Source: Octopus vulgaris (lineage: Eukaryota). From it: a DNA stretch of 64,000 bases. Positions 52,814 to 64,000 of this stretch are shown one piece after another (within the stretch, counting starts at the first letter, position 1; each line of letters opens with the position of its first letter). The DNA lies in the NCBI GenBank assembly GCA_951406725.2, contig OX597822.1, positions 55,490,001 to 55,554,000 on the forward strand. Reading direction: 5' to 3'. The notes below the pieces were generated by a model, which saw only the letters and a program-made list of their open reading frames with translations, ran no database searches and was not told where the DNA came from. The translations under genes were made by a program, and so were the position numbers.

Positions 52814-53599
52814 GGATCTTTTCCTTTTGAACGATAGATGTCAACACAATTTCTATTTAACTAAACACTTTTAAACTTTGTATACTTGTAGAATGTATTT
52901 ATAAAACATCATTTTTTCTTGGCTTTATTGAGAAAATTTTATAGTTTGTAAGATATTTCGTCTGAAAATCCGAGCATTTCGGCAATTTTAACCAATCGAT
53001 TACCTCCATTCAACTAAAATCATTTACTGCGTCTAAAACTGAGACATCTTCCTGTAACTAACTCTAACCCTCCCCCTAACTCTAACCCTAACCCTAATTT
53101 TTTTTGTTAATTGTTACGCGTGTAAAAAAACCCGAAAGCAATGGAAAATGATTTAAACAATTAACAAATAAAATAATTCTATAATTTTATACACACGCTT
53201 TCCGTACGTATATGGAAAGCGTGTGTTACAGAAAGCGTGTGTATAAAATTATAGAATTATTTTGTTTGTTAATTGTTTAAATCCTTTTCCATTGCTTTCG
53301 TTTTTTTTTTACACGCGTAACAATTAAATTAATTTAATAATTAAGAAAAAAAAATTAGGCTTAGGGTTAGGTTGAGGGGTAGTGTCTCAGTTTTAGACGC
53401 AGCAAATGATTTTAGCTCAAAAGAGAGCATAGGATTGGTTAAAATACGAAAAAATAAACTACGTGAAACAAACAAATTACAATTTTCTCAAGAAAGCCAA
53501 GAGAAAAAAATGTTTTATTTTGACACATTCTACCAGTATACGAAGTTTTAAAGTGTTTAGTTAACTAGAAATTGTCTGCCGTTCAAAAGGAAAAGATCC
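52814..53599. mobile_element. Palindromic Merlin-like MITE (786 bp) with 8-bp TSD and internal CCCTAA/TTAGGG repeats
   Basis: TIR GGATCTTTTCCTTTTGAACG/CGTTCAAAAGGAAAAGATCC. TSD AATTTAAT at 52806-52813 and 53600-53607. Confidence 0.9.
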
Positions 53600-53692
53600 A
53601 ATTTAATTTATATATATACTAGCAGAGATACCCGGCGTTGCCCGGTTACATTCAATAGAAGAATTAGACTTTTCTGTTATATATATATATGA

Positions 53693-53751
<59 letters not shown>

Positions 53752-53851
53752 TATATGTATATTAATATAAATACATGAAAGTACATGAAGTTTGTTAAAA
53801 AAAGGGGATCATGTATATACTTCCTGGCTGTTGAGATTATAACACCTCGTT

Positions 53852-55290
53852 TTAAACAATGTTTCTTGTTTTTCCTTGTGGAGCATATGCAAAAAGGTTT
53901 CTTTTGGTTCCTACTCTTGAGCAGCCAACATACAGTTGCCTATGCGAGAAGCAGGGCTCTTCCAAGAGAAGACCAGCTACAGAGAGGGTTTGACCCTGAG
54001 ATTTGTTAATGGACATGGCAAAGCTGACACGAAGGGGGAATTGCAGTCTTCTGAATGTAAATGGAATTTGTGCTCCTGATGGAGTAAGAGGAAATCTTGG
54101 AATAAAGACGTCATCACCTTTTCCACATCCAGAAAGAATGATCGCCTCGATAACGTGTGACATCATTTTCTTTATCACCAGTCGTGTTCCATTGCAAAGT
54201 ATTGGTGGTTCCAGATTGCGGTGTAGCATTACAGGAGTTCCAACTTTAAGTGGTAATATGTGTGGAGGTAGTCGAGGAGGCTCCAGTGAATTGAGAAATT
54301 CAGGAGAATAGTTCACAACTTCATTTATATCTGGAATTGTATCAACAGACTTGTAAGTGTGTATAGTGCCGGGAAGAGAATGCATTAGCTGTTGATTAAT
54401 TTTGTTAACAATGACATTTTTTGGAGCTAATATTGCTCTTTCACACAGCCAATTGTGATTTTGGTAGTTTTGTGTGAAGTTAGGAAAGACTTTGTTTTTG
54501 AGGTCATCTACAGAATTAACAGAGGAAAATGACCACACTTCCATTTGTCCTGCAGCATCAAGAGGCATCTTGCCTTCACCAAGTGTCCAAATGTCCTGTG
54601 CAAACTTTGTGGACATTTTGTCGCCGTGTAGCTGAGCTCTCATGTTAGTGGTGAGACTAAAGATTGTAACATGATGCCACAGGGTAGAGGACTTTAGGCG
54701 TGCTTGAACTTCATCAGCTCTAGTGCATTTCGGAATGACAGGAAGAGTTTGCCTGAAATCACCTGACAACAGAAGCGTTACACCTCCCATTGGAGCCTGA
54801 CAGTCTCGGATGTCTTTCAGGGCTCTATCTAATGCTTCCAAAGCTTCCTTGTGAGCCATAGTGCACTCATCCCAGACAATTACATAACACATTTTAAGTA
54901 CTTGTCCCTGATCTGAGCTTTTGTTGATGATGCATGAAGGCATTTCGGATGCTGCTAAATTGAGAGGGAGTTTAAAAGTTGAGTGTGCTGTCCTGCCACC
55001 GGGTAACAAAGTAGCTGCAATGCCAGAGGAGGCTACAGCTACTGCAATGTCCTGATGCTACCTAACTTCTGCAAGGAGAAGCTTTGTAATAAATGTTTTT
55101 CCCGTCCTTCCAGGAACATCGAGGAAGAAGATTCGTCTCTTGCGTTGGCGTACACTGTTAAGAATAGTTCAGTAGGCCTGCAGCTGGTCCGGAAGTAATA
55201 TAGGCTCATTTTCAACAATGTACTTTGAGAGCGCTTGAGTGTCGTAGGTTGTTTCACGAATGACAGCAGTGGGAAGGCTATTTGACCCTG
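53852..55290 (-). pseudogene. Helitron PIF1-family helicase (385-aa open segment 53852-55009; motif I region frameshifted)
   Basis: GGRTAHSTFKLP, IVWDECTM, LLSGDFRQTLPV, LCNGTRL, RRLQFPLRVSFAMSINKSQGQTL, FSH.QLYVGCSRV. Confidence 0.92.
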
Positions 55291-55319
55291 ACCTGAATGT
55301 ATGTATGCCTGTATATATG

Positions 55320-55456
55320 TACAAAATCCACTGAAAAGGCTTTTGTTGGTCTGAAGCTACAGCAGAAGACACATGCCAAGTCACCACACAGTGGGGCTGA
55401 ACCCAGAACCATGTGTTTGGAATGTAGTTTGTTACCACACAGCCACACCTGCCCCT
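55320..55456 (-). mobile_element. SINE 5' fragment (29599 family) inserted in the Helitron
   Basis: Reverse complement GGGGCAGGTGTGGCTGTGTGGTAAC..GGGTTCAGCCCCACTG. Confidence 0.7.
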
Positions 55457-56494
55457 ATGTATGTGTGTGTGTGTGTGTGCGTATGTGTGTATGGGTAGAT
55501 ATATTATGCATGTATATATGTGTATATATATGTATACATATTACATGTACATCTATATATATACATCTACACATAAAATACAAGATACAAAGTTATATCT
55601 TGATATCGCTAGTGATAACAATACTCAAAATATATAACAGACTGGAATTGTAGGCCCCTCTCTTGCAATTTCGATCAATTGGATCTTGTCCTCCCTCTTG
55701 TATAGAAGTGTACGGCTGCAGCGAAATTCATTTTTGGACTTTCTTCTATCGAAGGCATTTTAAGAAAAATGCTTCCGTAAAGACGGTGAAAATATTGTTA
55801 ATTTCCCCAAACAGGGACACAATTCAATTTTTAAACAATAACCAAAGCCCCTTCTCCGAAAGGGGGAGGGTTACGGTTTGCAATTATTTAACAAATGCAA
55901 CACAACAACATTTCCCTGACGAGGAACCAACAAATGTGATTTCAATAGTCAAACAGTAATAATAATAACAACAAACATTTTTTATTTATCCCCATTTATG
56001 TGAACCCACTTATTCAAGTTCAAGTCATTGATGCAATTTTATACGAATTGCTAATACACACACACACACACATAATAAGGGTTAAATTGAATATTAATTT
56101 GATTAATATGAATTGAAAACCAGTGGTGTAGCATATAAGACATTAGCGATCTTCCTCTAGCAAAAAGGACGACCACTATTAATGGCTCATCCCTGTTATA
56201 TAATACTTTCACTTTAACAGTTTCACACTTGCAAAGAGAAAGTAGGAGAAAGTGTGGTGGTAATGGAAGGAGTGAAGCACTTGAAATGAGAGAGGCAAAT
56301 CGTAAAATATTGAGTTTTCTCGAATTTTTGCTTAATTGGGGGTCAAATTGAAAAAAACTTTACATGCCATGACCCAATCGAATCTACTTGGAAAAATCAT
56401 AGGTAAATTCCAATTGAAGAAATTCTATATTGTAGAATTGTATTAAAAAGAAACATGGGAACAGGCAGATAAGAATCTGCCTTTTATCATAAGA

Positions 56495-56858
56495 CTAGCA
56501 GTATCGCCCAGCGTTGCTCGGGTTTGTTTCGACCCGCTGGAATTGGAATTTTTGAAAAGTAAAAATTTTGTGAACATTTTTCTGGTCGAAATACACCGAA
56601 AAGTGGCGACACAGCAGTGAAAAAATCGTAAAAAATAGGGATTTTCATAGAAAAAAAGCAGCTTTTTGATGTAAATAATTTTTGGTGTTAACAGGGTCCC
56701 ATTTGAATTTTATGTTCTACGGAAGGAAGAGCAACCCTTCTTCTATCATACTCTCAATTTTGGTCAACTTGCGCCGCAGGGTCTCGGAGGAGATAGTATT
56801 AGTTGAAGGCTACCAAACCTGGCGCACACAGACAACTTCAGCTTTATATAGAGAGAGA
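56495..56858 (-). mobile_element. Non-autonomous Helitron, copy of 48495-48880, abutting the 5' end of the helicase Helitron
   Basis: Sequence matches 48495-48880. Junction on the minus strand reads CTAG|TC. Confidence 0.88.
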
Positions 56859-56913
56859 TAACACACATATATATATATAGAGAGATAACACATGTATATA
56901 TATATATATATAT

Positions 56914-56993
<80 letters not shown>

Positions 56994-57277
56994 AACAGGC
57001 CTTTACTTTGACGGAATTTCATTAACAGTGAGTTACTGAAACTTGTTTTCCACTTACACATTACAGCAAACATTCATTCAAGTATAGCTTATTAAACAGA
57101 ACTGGTTACAACTGACTGATTATAAGTCAGTTTGGGCGTAAATCAGCCTATAGTATAATTAGTATACATTTGTATATATAATGCATACACACACACACAT
57201 ACACACACACATATATATATATATAATGCGTATATATGTAGATATATATATTTAATACGCATATTTATATATATATA

Positions 57278-58717
57278 TTAGCAGTATCGCCCGGCGTTGC
57301 TCGGGTTTGTAAGGGAAATAACTATATAAGCATTTTTAGAGAGTTATAGCCCAAAAATAGCAAAAAAATGCATTAAAAATGGAAAAAAAATTAAGGTAAA
57401 TTTTTTTTTAAATCGTTGACACATCGTAGATATTTTTAGAGAGTTACTTCCCTAATATAATAGCGAAAAAAATGCATTAAAATGGAAAAATATGATGGTA
57501 AATTTTTTTTAAATCGTAGACTCATCGTAGACGCACGCTAATGCCCAGAAGGGCTCGATATGAATCACGACTATAATATACCCGGTTTTGGTTACACTGC
57601 ATCGCAAAATGTGGGAGGAGTTAGGAATCTAAATCGTAGGAGACAGACACACAACTTCACTTTTATATATAAAGATATAAGCCACGTAGTTATATACACA
57701 TACTTTGTTATATACACATTCTTAAAAGAAAATGTTATTTTGAACACAACATTTATAAAGAATAAAATATTTTTTGGTTTTTCTTTTAAACGGATGCATA
57801 CATTTATTAATAACTATATATAAGTGTCGTCTGTTTATACATAAACACTGTTTCATACTGCAAGCTCGGCTCGCCAATTAATACTACCAAAATTTAACGA
57901 CAGAAAGTAAAATAAAAACCAATTTACCTTTTCTGTATTGTTATAGCAATTCGACCGTCCGTGTGTCTTTGCAAATGTGTTGGAATGAGAAGTGAGTTGT
58001 GTTTTGGCGCCTTTTTTACTAATAACAAACACACACGTGTTTGTATGTAGTTGTTTGAAACGTTTGTGTTTGTCACTGTCATATATGTATGTGTATGCGT
58101 GTGTGTGAGGAATGACACACACACACTCACGCACGCACACATGTACATCAATGCTTTCGGAGTGAAATGTTAAAATATTGAGTTTTCTCGAATTTTGTCT
58201 TAATTGGGGGTAAAATTGAAAGAAATTTTGTATGGCATGACCCAATGGAAGTACTTTGAAATATCATGGGTAAACTCTAATTGAAGAAATTGCGTGAGGA
58301 GTAAATCGTTATGTATTTATTTGTTTCTGTTTGCTGTGTTTTTTTTTTTTAGTAGTGGTTTAAGGTACACCTCTCGTTTTATCGAAATAGTTTCACTTTA
58401 ATCGTTGCAAACTTGCAAAGAGAAAGTCGTAGAAATTAGAGTGATAGCGTGAGTGAATCAGATCGCTCCCTTTTTGTGTGTGTGTGTGTGCGTGTGCTAT
58501 AGCCCACACTAAGAAAAGCACTTGACTCACACACCACAATGTGAGTTTTCTCTAAATTTTGCTTAATTGGGGTTGAAATTTTAAAAACTGGACCTGGCAC
58601 GACCCGATGCATTCTACTCTTAAAAATGCTAGGTAAATTGTAATTGAAGAAATCCTATATTGTAGATTTCTATAAGAGACAAAGGGAGGCAGATAAAATC
58701 TGCCTTTTATAATAAGA
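57278..58717 (-). mobile_element. Composite non-autonomous Helitron (mini-element 57278-57675 plus 5' module to 58717)
   Basis: 3' hairpin as in 48495-48880 with a CTAA end. Internal TC start at 57675. 5' TCTTATTATAAAAGGCAGAT at 58717 matches the 56494 end. Confidence 0.7.
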
Positions 58718-59849
58718 TATATATATATAATGTGTGCATTATGTGGTCAGTTGAGCTGAAAATATGCGCACCTATGTTAAAAGTGCTGGCGAGTTTGCAT
58801 GGCAACTATTGTTTTCCTCAAATGAAAGGCGTGACTTCTATGACAAAATTCCTCATCTTATAAAATGTGGCCCAAGTAGAGCCGAATGAAATCGGGTTCT
58901 ATTAGCCAAAATGTGGTTATATTAGCCTAAATGAGGCTGAATGGAGATTAAAATTTACAGGAGCGGATGTTTAGGAATTCTGTGTTACATCAAGCTAAAA
59001 AATTTGCGCCAGCCTTTAAATTTTCAATGTGTTGCCGTCCATCATGAAGAAGTTTTGAATGCTTGCCATGGTGAGTCTACTGTCGTGAGAAAGAACCACT
59101 TCAAAACTTGGTGTTTAGGAATTTTCTTTTACATCAAGTTCAAAATTTTACGCCAGCCGTTAACTGCCACTACGTTGCTGTCCGTCGTTAAGAAATTCCA
59201 GCCATTGTGATTCTACTATCTTCAGATTCTATCCCTTCAAAGTTTGTCTCTTTTAAATGTTAGTGTTTTGCTGTCTGCCTTGAAGCAGACCTTTCCGTTG
59301 TCACTGCCTGATATTTATGATTGATCTTTGAAAATATTTTCCTTCTCAACTTACTTAAGATCTTTTGTTGTTTATAAATGGGAGAGAGATAGATAGAGAA
59401 AGATAGAGAGTAAGAGAAAGCGAGGGAGAGTTCGAGAGAAAGGAAGAGTAAGAGAGTGGGAAAGTGAGAGAGAAAGGATAGAGAAACAAAGAGGTAGAGT
59501 GTTGTGATAAAAAAACAGAAAAGAAGCAACAGAAAGTACGACCACACTCTTACACGCGCGTAGGGCGGGTCACCTTAAGCTAGTTTTAAATATATTTCTG
59601 GAAAACTGAAGAGGCAAATTTACCTTGTCTTACTCATTTTGCCCCATCTAAATTTGTCTTTTATATGCTGAAAGAGAACGGAAGTAATTTTCTGAAAGAG
59701 TGTTCTGAATATGTTATAGATTTTCAATGCATTTAGAGAAGCTCATTTGCTTAGCTGATGTGGCATTTGTTGGATAGTGAATATGTATAAAAATATCTTT
59801 TTTTCTCAAAATAAAAAAAATGCAGTAAATATTTCTCATTGTGTCCAAT

Positions 59850-61798
59850 TACTCCTTACTGGAAACAGGAAACACAAACTTTCGGAATATTATTTATTAT
59901 TACGGCCAGGTTATTTATTACGGCAACAAAGTCTACCTGCCACATTTCTCGGATTATCATCACTGATTCGAAGTTCTGGATATATTCTAGGCCAGTGTCT
60001 GCAATCAAGTTGTCGATGTGTGACGATGTTTTTCTCTGCTTAAATCACCATGAGATGGGTTCCGCAAGACTAATTTGGATGCTCCTAGCTAGGATGGCGC
60101 ACGAAGTAATGAGATAGTCGCAGCCGTCTTTGTGTGATCTTCTCGCTAATCTTCGGCAGGTCTCCATAAAGGCAATTCATTTGTCATTTGTTGCTGCCAT
60201 TTAAGATTTAAAGCCATTTGTAGCATCCCTGTGTAGCATCTGAAGTTATCAAGAGCTGATGTGGCATTTGTTGGATAGTGAATATGTATAAAAATATCTT
60301 TTTTTCTCAAAATAAAAAAAATGCAGTAAATATTTCTCATTGTGTCCAATCAGATGAAATAATACTTGATTTTATAAATGTCTAGATCAGTGGTCCGAGA
60401 TTAGCTTGATACCATTTGATAATTTCTTTGTCAGTGTCCATGTATATTTGTTATATAATTGCACTGATTCAACAGTTGCAATGAACAACTTCACTTTGAT
60501 TTACATTATTTACATTATTTACAATTGACGGATATTTGTCCTCATCTTGTTTGTTGTTAAAACAACGTTTCGGCTGATATACCCTCCAACCTTCTTCAGG
60601 TGTTTTGGGGAAATTTCGAACCTGGGTTCTCATTCCTAAGGTATTTTTCTATATTATTATTATTGTTGTTGTTGTTGTTGCTGTTGTTATTGTTGTTTTT
60701 GTTGTTGTTGTTGTTGTTCAAGTCACTGCTTGGAATCGAACTCGGAATGTAAATAATGTAAATAATGTACATAATTCCTCATCTCTTTAATATAGAACTG
60801 TTTCATTTTCATTTGCCTGGCAGTTTGGTGTTTCAGACTTTCTTTAGTTTGTGACAAACTGTCCATGCTTGTGTCTTCCTGATCTTGATGTCTGCTTCCA
60901 AACTGCTTACCCAAAAACCTAAGTACTTGAAAACTTCAGCAACATTCAATTTGGAACCACTCGGAGCAAACAATTCAGTATCACTCGATTGGTTGAAAGA
61001 CATATATTTCGAATTCTTGACATTTGTGTGCAGTCCTATCTTTGCAGCTGATGCTTCTACTCAGCTGAACAGCTGTTGAGCTTGATCTAGTAAATATGAC
61101 TGATCTATTAGATAAGAGTGCTGTATCATCTGCGAAGTCCAGGTTTGTGTTGGTTACTGCTGGCACTTTCTATGATCATTGCTGGTCTATGACGAAATTA
61201 AGGTCTTCGTCACTGTTGTCTATTGGATTATGCATTGCATACTCAAATACAATTACAAACAGATATGGTGCAAGTGTATCTCCTTGTAGCACCCCAGCTA
61301 GCATTTGAAAGAATTCAGAGAACCAAAAATTGTCTGAAACCTCTGAAGTTATCAAGTGGTGCCATCCAAATGAAATAATACTTGATTTTATGAATAAATC
61401 TAGATCAGTGGTCCGAGATTAGCTTGATACCAATCCCAAGGTCAGGAAATATCAGTAATGAAACTAACTACAGAGGAATTGCACTGTCCAATATCTCACT
61501 GAAAGTCATCAACCGAATGATCCTCAACAGGATTCGACAGGTGCTTGATAGCCATCTGAAACCAAGCCACATCTCAGACCTTAGTCCTGAGGCATATATC
61601 ATAGGAGTTAAATCAAAACCACTACCTGCCGTTATAACCTTCGTGGACTTCAGCAACGGGCTTGACAGCACCCATCGTTACAAAATACTGAAGATCCTTT
61701 TAGCATTTAGCATTCCAGAAGAACTAGCTTTTGCTATTGCAAAGAGCTATGAGAAGACCATAACTCGTATATTGTCACCTGATGGAGAAACGGAATTC
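59850..61798. mobile_element. Decayed RTE-group LINE with inverted 5' segment (minus 59850-61318, plus 61320-61798)
   Basis: Minus: GVLQGDTLAPYLF, LDFADDTALLS, LFIATVESV.LY..TWTLT, RRLRL. Plus: IPIPRSG..NYRGIALS..FVDFS..SPDGETEF. Confidence 0.85.
60499..60801 (-). mobile_element. Second copy of the tRNA-headed HHR element, 5'-truncated, with an inverted tail piece
   Basis: Reverse complement of 21890-22125. CTGAAGA..CAGCC-GAAACGTT at 60559-60605. Tail repeat GTAAATAAT appears in plus orientation from 60749. Confidence 0.75.
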
Positions 61799-62863
61799 TC
61801 TCGGAATAGCTGTCCCATATAAGTTGGAATTTCGCAAATTTTGTCAAGATTTTCTCTTTTATTCATGCATTGCAAAAACAATAAAGGGAAGCTTTTTTAA
61901 GACAAAAGTTTTAAAAATTCATGTCTTTTCAATGCTTGTCTCTCTCCTCCCACAAACATACCCATCGAACCTGTGGAATAACAACCACTAAAATTATATA
62001 TTTTTCTTTTTCGTAATTTTCTGTCATTTTGTCGTATTCTACATTTTGAAACATTTGTTAAAGGAAAAAAATGTCTTACTCCCTCTTCCTTCCTTCATTG
62101 TACTTTTCGCAATGAACAAAAAGTCAAACACTGCAAGTGAATGTGTGAGAAAAAAATTTGAATTATGCAAAGTGTATCTATAAAGTGACATTTTCAGTCG
62201 TTTATTTATACTTTCACTGCTACCTCGTCAAATAAAAATACACGCAATAGATGGGTTTGAGATATAAATTTACTAATTTTCCAAAATTATATTTCTTGTG
62301 CATGAGGGACCCACCATATTTGACGTGCCCCTTCCCATGGTTTACATCGAGTCCTGGTATCGACTGTGGTTTTTGTGTTGTTCAAAAGGAGTATATAGTC
62401 ATATTCCTGTTGTAGCGAGTTATAGAGTGTTATTCAGAATTGAGAGGGCACAGATTTTGCAATTTTCGCCCTCGATAAATGTATTAACTATTTTCCCTTA
62501 ATAAGTATAATGAGGAAAGCGCAGGTAGTGCAAGTATGGAGTGCTATTTCCATTTTGTGTGAGGATGACGTCAGTGTGCAAATAATTAAGGAGTTAACGA
62601 ATAATAAAATCATCTACGTAGAACTGATAGCGTACAGAATTATTAACAGTGAGGTCTTGAACATAGAAAAGAAAGCATGATAGCAGAGCTAATACAAAGA
62701 ATGTGCGCTAGATATATATTCTTATGGTAATTTCTACTGCGAAATTTTAGAGGGTTATTTTATCCATTTCAAATGAATAATTGATTAAATTTATATGTCT
62801 AAAGAAAGTGTAAAACTAATATGTAAAACTAAATATGTACAAATGCTGGAAGCAAATACTTAC

Positions 62864-62936
62864 CTTCGTCTCCGAAAAAGACTCAAGCAGAACACTTTAC
62901 ATGAAAATATCATATTTGATTTGTCGATGAAATTAC
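62864..62936 (-). other. Candidate 73-nt exon of an unknown gene
   Basis: Polypyrimidine tract plus TGTAG acceptor, and AG|GTAAGT donor. One open frame: NFIDKSNMIFSCKVFCLSLFRRR. Confidence 0.3.
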
Positions 62937-63480
62937 CTACAAGCAGATAAAAGAAGAAATACATAAGAAAAAATATTAACAAGTAATTTTAATTTACATT
63001 AAGTTTGGGATAATATCAATGGCGATTTAAATCAGGAACATGGCTTTCAAATTTGGTATACATGTTCTTTCCGGGCGTAGATAAAAGTTTCTGGGTTGTA
63101 TTTCAAATTGTTCTCTCCGTCGAGATGAGTTAGAATAGATTTTCTTCATGTTTATCTTGCTGCGACTGTTCACCCCCAGTTTTCTTTGGATATTTCAGGG
63201 AAACACATTCAGAGTAGTTCGAACCCGTGGTGTGCTTCTATTACAAAGAACTGAATTAAAAATTTTTTGCTCTATTTTTTTTTTTACTTCAAAATGTGGC
63301 GACAACCATAAACTGTAATCGATTTTAAGCAAGGAATAAATTTTTGAGATTGAAAAGAAATACATCGATGAGCAAGTGATGTGTTATATTAATGACGAAT
63401 GAGTGCAACATGAAATATCAGTGGCAGACGTGGATGATCCTACTTCCATTGAATCTCAACTTGTTTGTACATGTTTGCAA

Positions 63481-63543
<63 letters not shown>

Positions 63544-64000
63544 CTCTCTCTTTCTCTCTTTCTCTTTTCGTTTCTCTTTTCAAATCTATATGTGCAATTG
63601 AGAATTCGCAGAAAAGTGATAAGTTCTATTGTTGTGAAGAGTGTAAAATCTAGTGTTTCGAGATCTTGTCAGTGAATAGAAAATAATGAAAGATGAAAAT
63701 TACGTTAGCCTAGCTGGAGTTAGTCAATGAAAGTAAATATCGCGAAAATTTGTGTCGATGGCAGAAGAGTCTTATAGATACCGAACCTGAGTATCAAACT
63801 TAGCGGGCCGATCTAAGTTTTTGGCCATTCAGCGTTTAGAAAATAAAGACCAGTATCAATCCAAGGGGTTGGATATGTTTGATTGAGTTGATCCCAATAT
63901 ATTGCTGGTATAACAGTCCATGTAGAGATGAAAAGAATAATCAACTTGCTAGATTTGAAATTTAGAACGCTATGGGTCATAGTCAAATATTACAAAATAT

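Larger units (their letters stand above)
53619..56494 (-). mobile_element. Internally deleted Helitron retaining the helicase region
   Basis: 3' CTAG at 53619-53622 with hairpin CCGGGCAACGCCGGG. 5' TCTTATGATAAAAGGCAG at 56494. PIF1 ORF inside. Confidence 0.85.

Noticed and set aside
53055-53100. True or fused telomere
   Set aside because: Only a few degenerate CCCTAA units, located inside a MITE.
53852-55009. Host PIF1 gene
   Set aside because: It is intronless, frameshifted upstream, and bounded by Helitron termini.

Overview
Eukaryotic, AT-rich, microsatellite-saturated DNA with no confidently identifiable host gene. The SINE families and the (TA)n/(TG)n/(ATT)n density suggest a cephalopod, probably Octopus (inference). 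The window is almost entirely transposon-derived. It holds two decayed mariner elements, many tRNA-derived SINEs, two CR1-group LINEs, an RTE-group LINE with a 5' inversion, Penelope-like element (PLE) remnants, a Helitron cluster with a PIF1 helicase ORF, and Merlin-like MITEs with 8-bp TSDs. A ~6-7 kb unit is triplicated in tandem (27111-46292), and its junction fuses a LINE endonuclease to a Penelope RT. The main signal not shown by the ORF track is a dense set of hammerhead ribozymes (HHRs). Three unrelated 430-560 bp non-coding elements next to or inside (TA)n carry complete type I HHRs (21274-21346, 43571-43652, 51944-52006 plus an inverted copy) and have partial-tandem or inverted ends like retrozymes or non-autonomous PLEs. 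Several variant or minimal HHRs also occur, one in an element that joins a tRNA-like Pol III head, a 5' fold-back and an HHR tail. All alignments and folds were done by eye.
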